Made by a program: the position numbers and the translations under genes. A stretch of DNA of 64,000 nt from a virus (taxonomy: Duplodnaviria > Caudoviricetes): the IMG/VR virus record IMGVR_UViG_3300020045_003522, positions 4,362-68,361 of that record. One strand, given 5' to 3'. This document shows, piece by piece, positions 1 through 8,001 of the stretch. The stretch's first letter is position 1, and each line of letters starts with the position of its first letter. Under the pieces are notes generated by a model. It worked only from the letters and a program-made list of their open reading frames with translations, ran no database searches and was not told where the DNA came from.

Positions 1-1181
1 GACTTTTGCCGGCCAGCGTTGTTCGATGATGCACTGCCATCCCTTGAACTGGCTGCGCATTCTTGTGTCATTGTTAAATCAATTGTGCTCGCTCCGTTAC
101 CAACATCAACGATATTTGTAATCCCGTTACCAGTGGCAAAGCTTGTCCAAATATTGTAACCAGTGTTTAAAGCTCCAAGTCCTGAAGTCTGTGGACTAAC
201 ATAGTACCTCGTGCCTGACTGGTTGATTGTAGTGAGAAGCGTTGCCAACCTAGAAAGTAACGCTGTCTTTGGTGCTCCGCTCGATAGCGCGTCTACCTGT
301 TGTTTAGATTCGCGATAGTCGACAATATCAAGTGTCGCCTCTGCATTATCCGTGAATTGTGTCGCCTGAAGTGTTGCGTCTTTATTGAACTTTGCCGCGA
401 ATTGGAAGAAATTATACTCAGCGGTTGCCGGGTTGTAAACATGGTCGTTCCATATTCCTGAGTTGTGTGAATCAGAAGCACCCGTGTAATAATAACTACC
501 ACGCGCTGCTGGTGTTTCTTCACGCCATGCACTAAAGTCTCCGTTTGCCCAATATAATGATCCTCCAATTGTCTCTCCAAATGTGCCATCATTTGTACCA
601 TGATGCTGCCAAAACCCTATACCGTAGTAATTCGCCCAACCAGTTTGGAATGATGGCCCTGAAATCGGTATAACTGATGCTATCTGTGAGTATCGTGCTT
701 GTAGAATATTATAAGCCCCAATCGCTCCACCACTTAAACCGGTATAAGAAATTCTATTAGGATCATACTTTACTCCATCCGCTGTTAATTCTGTTAAGAT
801 ATCATCAAAATGCCCAGTATTTGGGTCTCCATCACCAACCGTATACTCACAAACGACTACAATGTGATCATAAGTTAAATCATCCCACGACCCATTATTG
901 AGGTAGTAATAAAGCCCTTCGCCTTCATTTACCCGGTTCGCCCAGGTGCGCATTCCGTAACCACCAAAAAAAACCATCAATGGTAAACTTCCCGCCGCCG
1001 CCTGGTCGTAACCCCTCGGTTTGTAAATGTAATATTCCCGTCCTGATTGGTAGTTACCACCACTTGCGAAAGATGGAGCGGATAGAGTCGTATTCCCAAA
1101 CGCACCACGATAAGAATTAACAAGTAACTGCCCGTTACAGGAAAGTGAAAATAAAAGAAGTACGTAAATTAATATCCGCAT
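1..1181 (-). CDS. Signal-peptide-bearing alpha/beta-hydrolase (esterase/peptidase, COG4099-like); runs off the window edge
   Basis: Absent from the ORF track; translated by hand from ATG 1181 and open to base 1. MRILIYVLLLFSLSCNG/Q leader, DPNRISYTGLSGGA nucleophile elbow, FWQHHGTND (Asp), SHNSGIW (His). TAATG overlap with the upstream gene. Confidence 0.8.
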   Translation of the reverse strand, partial: MRILIYVLLLFSLSCNGQLLVNSYRGAFGNTTLSAPSFASGGNYQSGREYYIYKPRGYDQAAAGSLPLMVFFGGYGMRTWANRVNEGEGLYYYLNNGSWDDLTYDHIVVVCEYTVGDGDPNTGHFDDILTELTADGVKYDPNRISYTGLSGGAIGAYNILQARYSQIASVIPISGPSFQTGWANYYGIGFWQHHGTNDGTFGETIGGSLYWANGDFSAWREETPAARGSYYYTGASDSHNSGIWNDHVYNPATAEYNFFQFAAKFNKDATLQATQFTDNAEATLDIVDYRESKQQVDALSSGAPKTALLSRLATLLTTINQSGTRYYVSPQTSGLGALNTGYNIWTSFATGNGITNIVDVGNGASTIDLTMTQECAASSRDGSASSNNAGRQK

Positions 1182-2221
1182 TAGTATCCGATTAAGGTTA
1201 CTTTAAGACCGGCTGCAGCAGTAGCGCCGTCAACCGAAACAATATCCACTGTTATCACCGAATCGTCAGATATCGCGGCATCTGAAATAACTACCGGCGT
1301 CGCCGCTGTTGTACTTGTCGTCTCTGTATTGTCAATAGTTAAGTTTGTGGAAAATATTGTAGTCCCGTTTTCCTTTACATTTATGGTTACCACTGTACCG
1401 GATGATTGAGCGGTTGTGAGCGATGCCCGAACGCCTGTCAAAGTCAAAGCGTAAGGCATTCTAAAAGTTACTTTTGCGGTTCCGGTCGTTAATGCTGTAA
1501 CCTCATCAGAAGCCGCTGCCATAAATGCTTTGTTAGCTGCCATTTGGCGAACTTCTCCGCTTGGAGTTTTCCAATACGGCAAATCATTAGCACTGTTGGA
1601 ATAAAATAAACCGCCGCCGGTCGGATTTCCTGAAGGGTTAGTTAAGGCTGTTTTAATGTAAACAACCCCAGCGCCGCTTCCATAAGAAGGAGTACCACCA
1701 ACCAAAGAAGTATTTGTTCGTGATGCTGTTAATCCACCATTAAGTTCTACAGAGTTTGGGTTTAATAGAACGACCCCGCTTACTCCACCAGCTCCTAAAT
1801 TCATTGCCCCTTGTGAGCTGACCACTAGAACTGCATCACTTGTAGAGTTAACCGCAGATAAGGTTTTTATAGCATCTGAATTGCTCGCGCTACCTAAAGT
1901 TAAAGCCGCTGTACTTGAAGAAAAGAACCCCGAAGCAACTGCGTTAGTCCCGTTAGACTTCATTAACTCATTGCTTGCTGCTGCGTTGGTTATGCCTCCA
2001 CCTGAATACTGAGGAATGTTTAAAGTCCCTGATGTGTACGTTGCCGCTCCGCTTGTTCCTGTTGTGGTTAAAGTGAAAGGTAATGCCCAAGTAGGTGGAG
2101 TAGAGCTTCCGTTACTTAAAGCAACTTGACCAGCCGTTCCGCCGTACGTTACATTTCCAAGCTGACCAAAGGAGTGAATTGAAATCAGTAGAAGAAATAA
2201 ATTGATTAATATTTTTTTCAT
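1181..2221 (-). CDS. Tail fibre-like protein with Sec signal peptide (module A)
   Basis: G/S/T-rich fibre motifs (LTTTGTSGAATYTSGTLNIPQY); C-terminal TTGTAKVTFRMPYALTLTGVRASL beta-sandwich common in phage fibres; leader MKKILINLFLLLISIHSFG/Q. Confidence 0.7.
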   Translation of the reverse strand: MKKILINLFLLLISIHSFGQLGNVTYGGTAGQVALSNGSSTPPTWALPFTLTTTGTSGAATYTSGTLNIPQYSGGGITNAAASNELMKSNGTNAVASGFFSSSTAALTLGSASNSDAIKTLSAVNSTSDAVLVVSSQGAMNLGAGGVSGVVLLNPNSVELNGGLTASRTNTSLVGGTPSYGSGAGVVYIKTALTNPSGNPTGGGLFYSNSANDLPYWKTPSGEVRQMAANKAFMAAASDEVTALTTGTAKVTFRMPYALTLTGVRASLTTAQSSGTVVTINVKENGTTIFSTNLTIDNTETTSTTAATPVVISDAAISDDSVITVDIVSVDGATAAAGLKVTLIGY

Positions 2222-2224
2222 TAT

Positions 2225-3727
2225 TTAAAGCCCTGCGGCGGTTAGTGCGTTGTGTAAAATTGTATAGTCCATTGTGGAAGCTTTGCCTATCTGTACAGAC
2301 TTGTAACCGAACCACCAATTATCTTGAAATGTTCCGGAGAGAACACGACCTCCAAATCCAGTAGGCTGATCCACTAATACTTGCGGGCCTGTGATTGTGT
2401 GTGGCGTACCAAACAAAACACCATTCTTAATGAATTGCATTTGATCACCAATTACCTGCATACCTATTCTGTCACCAACCGTGAAGTTAGCCGCAGCCGT
2501 TGTTATCTCGTCACCTGATTCTGTATTGAATCTTCCTACAATGTTTGATCCATCTCTTCTTAATGAAAATGCAGTTGTGCCATCGTCCGCACCAAATAAA
2601 TATCCGGGGTTATCCTCAAGGTCTGACGTGGTTAGATGAAGCATGACAAACATATCATCAACTTCAGCTTCCCTAAATGTTATTGCTGGATATATCCCTG
2701 TCAATGGCCGAGAAAAAACACTTGCCGCATACGTAACAGTCTCAGCCTCGAAAAATAAAGAAAGGTTTCCCATGGAATGTAAATAAGAGAAATCAATAGT
2801 CTGATCTCTCACATCACCAACCGGCCCTAACGCAAGAAAATCTAAATCCCAAATCAATGTATCTAATGACTGAGATAAAACTCTGAACTTTTCTTTTTTC
2901 GTCGAATCAATATCTTCAAAGAAACACGACGCTATTTGTGCGGCGACTTTCGGAAGTTTACGCGAATTTATTAACGCTCTTGAAAACATTTTTCCGGCTT
3001 CGATGCATCCGTCTGCATTCATGTGGTTCGCGTCATAAAAATATCCGGCTGCGTGAATGGCTTGATAATTAAAAGCATACCTCACTCTGTTGTTATTCTC
3101 AACAAGATCTTTAATCAATCTTTTAATATCTGATGTTCCAACCTGATTAGGAGTTGACAACGCCGGAGATACTACAAATACTCTTGATCCCGGAAACTCT
3201 GTTAGTATTGTTTCGTAATACTGTTCATGAAATGCAACCACGCTCGCAATAGGTTGATCTCTATCATTGATACCGATAGAAGAAATAATATCAATACCTG
3301 TCAAGTGTTGATCATGCATAAATGCTTTCACTACAGGTAAGTACTGTTCAAAGTATCCGCCATCCTCAACCCACTCTTCTGCTGTTGATCCGGCCACAGC
3401 CATATTCAAAATCATAGGCTTGAATCCAGTGGCTTCGTAGTAGTGTATACCAAACGCCGGGAAGATTGTTCCGACGGTAGCCCCCATTGCGTCTGACATA
3501 TCAGTATCGGTTATCTCAGTCACTTCCCGCGTGATTCTGTTAACCTGAAAGACTGTATTAGGATCAGGCTCAGGGCCAGCGGTTGCGTTAGGAGCGGCAA
3601 CTATAGAATCTCCAAAGCCGACAATCGCACGCTTGCCGTCACTCGTTACAAAGATTTGAAACTTCTCGTTTACCTGCCCATGCGCAAGGGCACTAGAAAG
3701 GAGTATTAATAAAATTATATTTTTCAT
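2225..3727 (-). CDS. SGNH/GDSL esterase domain protein with Sec signal peptide
   Basis: Block motifs GFGDSI, NMAVAGST, IGIND, DANH; leader MKNIILLILLSSALAHG/Q; beta-rich C-terminal half. Confidence 0.75.
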   Translation of the reverse strand: MKNIILLILLSSALAHGQVNEKFQIFVTSDGKRAIVGFGDSIVAAPNATAGPEPDPNTVFQVNRITREVTEITDTDMSDAMGATVGTIFPAFGIHYYEATGFKPMILNMAVAGSTAEEWVEDGGYFEQYLPVVKAFMHDQHLTGIDIISSIGINDRDQPIASVVAFHEQYYETILTEFPGSRVFVVSPALSTPNQVGTSDIKRLIKDLVENNNRVRYAFNYQAIHAAGYFYDANHMNADGCIEAGKMFSRALINSRKLPKVAAQIASCFFEDIDSTKKEKFRVLSQSLDTLIWDLDFLALGPVGDVRDQTIDFSYLHSMGNLSLFFEAETVTYAASVFSRPLTGIYPAITFREAEVDDMFVMLHLTTSDLEDNPGYLFGADDGTTAFSLRRDGSNIVGRFNTESGDEITTAAANFTVGDRIGMQVIGDQMQFIKNGVLFGTPHTITGPQVLVDQPTGFGGRVLSGTFQDNWWFGYKSVQIGKASTMDYTILHNALTAAGL

Positions 3728-5754
3728 CTTACCACTACCGTTTTAGCTGTCTCTTTAATCACTTCGTTTGTTCCAGCACTTGCCTGTACAGTTACAATTA
3801 AATTATTATTAAGGTTCATAGTAGCAGCTCCGGCACTATACGAAATCATATTATAAGCTGTCGAATTATTTGTTGAAAGCTTTACGTTACATTTCTGTGT
3901 TGCTGCACCTGTACGTATGATCTGGATTTCTAAGGTCCAATAATTAGTACCAGAAGAAAGAACAAAATTACCGCTATCAAATATTGTACTACCTTCAAAG
4001 TAAACTCGTATCCTTTTATCGTTAGCGCTACTTGTAAAAGTGCCAGATAATTTTGACTCTACAGATTCACCATCAACCACTAAAGTATTTGCTGGCACAT
4101 CGTAATTATATAAATCTGTTTCAGTTGTACCACTATTAGTGGTTTGTGAAGTGTTGGTATTTAGTACATTTTGAGCAATAGCCTGTACAGATGTATTACC
4201 ATATTGGTCAACAACAATATTTTTATAAGCTAATGCGCTCCCCGACACAAGAGATGGCATTTGTATATTACCAAGATAGTCTATGGTAAGCCTCGAAAGG
4301 TCAGCAAATCCAACACGAAAATATAACGACCCGGAATTGTTCGCGCTTATTGATAAACCATTTGGTGCATTACTGTATAACAACCCTGAGTTTGGTAGAT
4401 AGCCGTTGGCTGTAGCTTTTGTTCCAATGTAAGTTTGATAATCTGCGTCATTAATTCCGTATACAAATGATCCTGTAGCCGTACTAGTATTATCAGCAAT
4501 TAAGTAACTACCCGAAGATGATGATTTTGTAAGTGTTAAAGATGTTGTACTCATAGTTAAATCAGCACTTCCTGCCGCTGTGTTAGTTCCCGTGCCGACA
4601 AGTACTTGACCCGTCGAAACCGTTCCGCTAAGACCATCACCCCACTCAGGGATCAATCCTGCGCTAACCCTTAACACCTTACCAGCGGTGCTGATTGGCA
4701 ACCTCGCAGCAGCGCCACCTGTAGTACCATAAATTAAATCGCCCTCGGTAGTTATCGGGCTTTCAAAAGCGTCTGCGCCAACTCCACTAACAGTAATAAT
4801 TGGAGCGGTAGAAGATATATATAAAATCGTTCCTGTCTCACCGGGCGCTAGTACCGAAGCCCCCTCAGAAGTCACGCCGGTATCATCTACAAAATTAACA
4901 TCATCCGTTCCTTTATTAACCAATTCAATTTTTGTATCCAGAATAAGATTGTCAATGGTTAGATCAATTGGCGACGAGCTATCAAATATTATAACGTTGT
5001 TGTTGTCAGTCTGCACCGTTGCGCCATCCGCTGTTAATATTCTATAAACGTTCTCTACGTCCGAAGCTAACACAGGGCCACCACCGCCTCCTGAAATAGA
5101 ACTTACCGCCCTTCTTACTACTGACTTATCAGAGTTTTTTATAGCTAATACATATGCTGCAGTGTCGAGTGCCGGGAGAGTTCCGGGTAGTTTTATTTGA
5201 CCTGATCCACGGGTTAATGTTACGTCAGTTCCAACGCTCACGTTTCTATCGCCGTAAGTTGCCACCGTGCCTCCTGTGGTTGTTGTAACGTTACCTCCTG
5301 AAGTCTGTCCTAATCTTGTAGTCCCTGATTCTGCAACAAATCCAGACCCTGCGACAATATTAATATGACCTAAGTTGCCAATATCAATATGACCCATGTC
5401 AGTGATTTCTAACGTTGGGTTTGTTCCTGTTCCGTCAATTATAACGTTGTTACTTAATACAGAACCAGCGTCTAATACTTGTTGTAGTGTAGGGGTTGAG
5501 CCTGAACCACCACCAAAGCTAAAAACATGATCGTACCCTGAACCGTTATAAAAATCCCAGTGAGGTGTAGCAGCTTGTGCATTCCAAAAGAAGTCACCGT
5601 AATTTTGCCCGTGTCTTGTTGCCGAAGCTGAAATATGCGCCGCCGAGTCAGTTACCACACGGGTAAATACACTGCTAAAAGCCGCGCTACCAACCTGACC
5701 GAAAGAAGCAATTACGCTCGTTACAAATATTAAACTAAGAATTATTTTTTTCAT
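3724..5754 (-). CDS. Tail fibre-like protein with Sec signal peptide (module A)
   Basis: Gly linkers; PTLQQVLDAG and ITTEGDLIYG fibre motifs; shares an internal domain with 44722..47451; leader MKKIILSLIFVTSVIASFG/Q. Confidence 0.7.
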   Translation of the reverse strand: MKKIILSLIFVTSVIASFGQVGSAAFSSVFTRVVTDSAAHISASATRHGQNYGDFFWNAQAATPHWDFYNGSGYDHVFSFGGGSGSTPTLQQVLDAGSVLSNNVIIDGTGTNPTLEITDMGHIDIGNLGHINIVAGSGFVAESGTTRLGQTSGGNVTTTTGGTVATYGDRNVSVGTDVTLTRGSGQIKLPGTLPALDTAAYVLAIKNSDKSVVRRAVSSISGGGGGPVLASDVENVYRILTADGATVQTDNNNVIIFDSSSPIDLTIDNLILDTKIELVNKGTDDVNFVDDTGVTSEGASVLAPGETGTILYISSTAPIITVSGVGADAFESPITTEGDLIYGTTGGAAARLPISTAGKVLRVSAGLIPEWGDGLSGTVSTGQVLVGTGTNTAAGSADLTMSTTSLTLTKSSSSGSYLIADNTSTATGSFVYGINDADYQTYIGTKATANGYLPNSGLLYSNAPNGLSISANNSGSLYFRVGFADLSRLTIDYLGNIQMPSLVSGSALAYKNIVVDQYGNTSVQAIAQNVLNTNTSQTTNSGTTETDLYNYDVPANTLVVDGESVESKLSGTFTSSANDKRIRVYFEGSTIFDSGNFVLSSGTNYWTLEIQIIRTGAATQKCNVKLSTNNSTAYNMISYSAGAATMNLNNNLIVTVQASAGTNEVIKETAKTVVVR

Positions 5755-6188
5755 AACTCAGATTCTTTCTTTTTGAAAAACTTCCTTACCTTTTTAAATC
5801 CGAATATAAAGGCATCCCATACCACTCCTGACCCTACTAAGTACAAATCATTCCAACCAAGTTTTGCCTCCACTCCAAACAAAGGAGCAAGTGGATCAAC
5901 ACTTAAATTTCTAGCTCCTATCCAGAGTAGTAGAAAAATACAACCAAGCGAACCGATCCATGTTTCGTAATGAGTTTTAGCGTACATCTTTAAAGTAACA
6001 GGACTTTTTAAAATCATTCTCACGCCGTTAGCTAAAAGTGTTTTCGAGTTATCATCTAACCCATTACTTGCATTAATGTATTTTACAATTTCAGGTTCGT
6101 ACTCGCTGCCGTCTCCCTCTTGTTTTACTACACTAAATTCGGCCCAATTCCATAGAAACCAACCGAGTATGCTAATGAAGAAATTCAT
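5751..6188 (-). CDS. Membrane protein (about 3 TM, basic C-tail) inside the tail module
   Basis: Three hydrophobic segments and KKVRKFFKKK tail; positional counterpart of 47762..48157. Confidence 0.6.
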   Translation of the reverse strand: MNFFISILGWFLWNWAEFSVVKQEGDGSEYEPEIVKYINASNGLDDNSKTLLANGVRMILKSPVTLKMYAKTHYETWIGSLGCIFLLLWIGARNLSVDPLAPLFGVEAKLGWNDLYLVGSGVVWDAFIFGFKKVRKFFKKKESEL

Positions 6189-6192
6189 AATT

Positions 6193-6660
6193 TTATACGT
6201 AAGCGTTTTGAGATATATCTATTTTCCAGTTAGTCCCATCAAAAACAGCGTGACCTTTGAAGCTCCCAGTTCCGCTTGGCTCCCATTCTTTTGATCCTGT
6301 CGCCTCCCATCTTGAGTCATCCATTGTAACAGTTGACGGGAATGTTAGTATAGCAGCAACGTTAGAGATGTTCAAAACAAAATCAAATTCTAATGCCTCA
6401 GAGTCATTTGAGAACGCAATAGTTTTCGGAGTTGCAAAAGATGTTAATCCCCAGAAAGTTCTTTTCTGTTTTAACTCGAAATCGAAAGTTATTGTACTGC
6501 CAGTTGTTGCGGGTGTTACCACATCAAGCACAAGGCAAAAGCTATCGATCATGTTTACAAGCATGTTTCTTACTCGTAGTTTTGTATTAGCTCCTACTGC
6601 TGTTTCATCCCGTATTACGTTGGCCTCTGTTGTTAATTCGGCTTTAGTTTTTATACTCAT
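6193..6660 (-). CDS. Minor tail protein / fibre adaptor
   Basis: N-terminal VIRDETAVGANTKLRV shared with 47451..47762; position before the fibre genes. Confidence 0.55.
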   Translation of the reverse strand: MSIKTKAELTTEANVIRDETAVGANTKLRVRNMLVNMIDSFCLVLDVVTPATTGSTITFDFELKQKRTFWGLTSFATPKTIAFSNDSEALEFDFVLNISNVAAILTFPSTVTMDDSRWEATGSKEWEPSGTGSFKGHAVFDGTNWKIDISQNAYV

Positions 6661-7943
6661 ATTACATTGTGGGTATAGCTGTTTTTATGTGTAAGCATTA
6701 TTTGCGCAGGCTTTAGGTTATATTTTTGATCTCTCTTTGTCAGTTCATACGACCCGCCATCTAATGAAATCTCAATATCGTTAACTAACACGCTTCCGCT
6801 TATTGAGTGCTGAAGTATCAATAATACTTTTCTATGCATGTATCTTGGCAAATCATTTAATATCAGATTTGATTTTTCTTTCAGCGTTGAAGCAGTGTTT
6901 ATAACCATTTCAGTAAGTTCCGAAACCTTTTCAGTTGTGGCGAAATCAGGTTCAACAAACTGACCATCTAAATCTATTGAGAAATACGGAGAGTCTTCAT
7001 CGTAAATTAACCCAGCAAAATTATTGATTGATCTGAATTGAATTACTACCCTTCCGTCATGGTTAGAATTAACCCATTCATAAACAAATTCAACCGAATC
7101 AGAATAAAATAATTCTATTTCATCTTCAAGATCAACAGCCTTTTGAATTATTTTAAATGTCAAAAACTTATTACATAATGAATAATCGTATGGCGAAAAT
7201 GAAACAGAGTTTAAATAGTAATTTGCTGGCACCGCTGGCACTACTGCTGTCGTCTGAGTGCCCGATACAGTGTTGATAATGATATCAATGTCGGACCCAT
7301 CACTAACTTCTACACCTATTTTTGTTTCTGTTCCAAGTGATACGAATGTCAACGTAACAGAATCAGTGCCACCAGGACTTGCTGGAGTTGTTTCGCTAAC
7401 GGTTTGTATTACATTGAACGAATTGTCATAAGCTCTAAGGTATAATGTTCTTGGATTACTTGTGCCCGAGTTGTAGAGTTTTGTATATGTTATCGTAATG
7501 CTGTAAGTGTAGCCTAAAATAAATGCAAATCCTGAATGTAATATTTCCGATTCACCAGGTGTAAACGGACCTGACCCCATAACATTAACACCAGGCGTCG
7601 CGCTAAGTATCCAATCTGCTAAAGATGGCGATATACTTCTTGTTAACCACGTGCTTAGGGCAGATATAGACATGGCTGACGTTACGCCTCCACTCGATGG
7701 TATTCCGTCATCAGTCTGAGTGAAATTAATTGTTTCAACCTCTTCCCCGTCCTCTAAAATCGATAGTCTTAATTCCTGATCGTCATCCGCGCCGCCTAAA
7801 ACTTGCAACTTTCTTAACCCTGTGCAAAGAAACTTTTGATGAAAGCAAGCGTCTTCCGTGTATGCTTCCTGCTTTATATTAAAGCTTTCCTCGCCTGTAG
7901 GCCAAAATTGAATTTCGCTTGCGTTAGATACTTGAAAGCTCAT
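6657..7943 (-). CDS. Distal tail / baseplate-like protein (module A)
   Basis: Co-linear paralogue of 48159..49436; downstream of tape measure and tail-tip genes. Confidence 0.55.
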   Translation of the reverse strand: MSFQVSNASEIQFWPTGEESFNIKQEAYTEDACFHQKFLCTGLRKLQVLGGADDDQELRLSILEDGEEVETINFTQTDDGIPSSGGVTSAMSISALSTWLTRSISPSLADWILSATPGVNVMGSGPFTPGESEILHSGFAFILGYTYSITITYTKLYNSGTSNPRTLYLRAYDNSFNVIQTVSETTPASPGGTDSVTLTFVSLGTETKIGVEVSDGSDIDIIINTVSGTQTTAVVPAVPANYYLNSVSFSPYDYSLCNKFLTFKIIQKAVDLEDEIELFYSDSVEFVYEWVNSNHDGRVVIQFRSINNFAGLIYDEDSPYFSIDLDGQFVEPDFATTEKVSELTEMVINTASTLKEKSNLILNDLPRYMHRKVLLILQHSISGSVLVNDIEISLDGGSYELTKRDQKYNLKPAQIMLTHKNSYTHNVI

Positions 7944-7961
7944 TTCAGGAAATTAATGTAT

Positions 7962-7991
7962 CAAAATTAAGAAAAGTTTTCATATTGGGAA
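7962..7991 (-). promoter_or_regulatory. Putative internal late promoter (Bacteroidota -7 box TAATTTTG plus upstream TTCCCA box)
   Basis: Minus strand TTCCCAATATGAAAACTTTTCT-TAATTTTG; near-identical element with the same 16-nt spacing at 49453..49482. Confidence 0.55.
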
Positions 7992-8001
7992 TAGTTTTCA
8001 T

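Noticed and set aside
293-601. 102-aa minus-strand ORF in the track
   Set aside because: It is an alternative-frame shadow inside the longer hydrolase ORF 1..1181, which has clear catalytic motifs.
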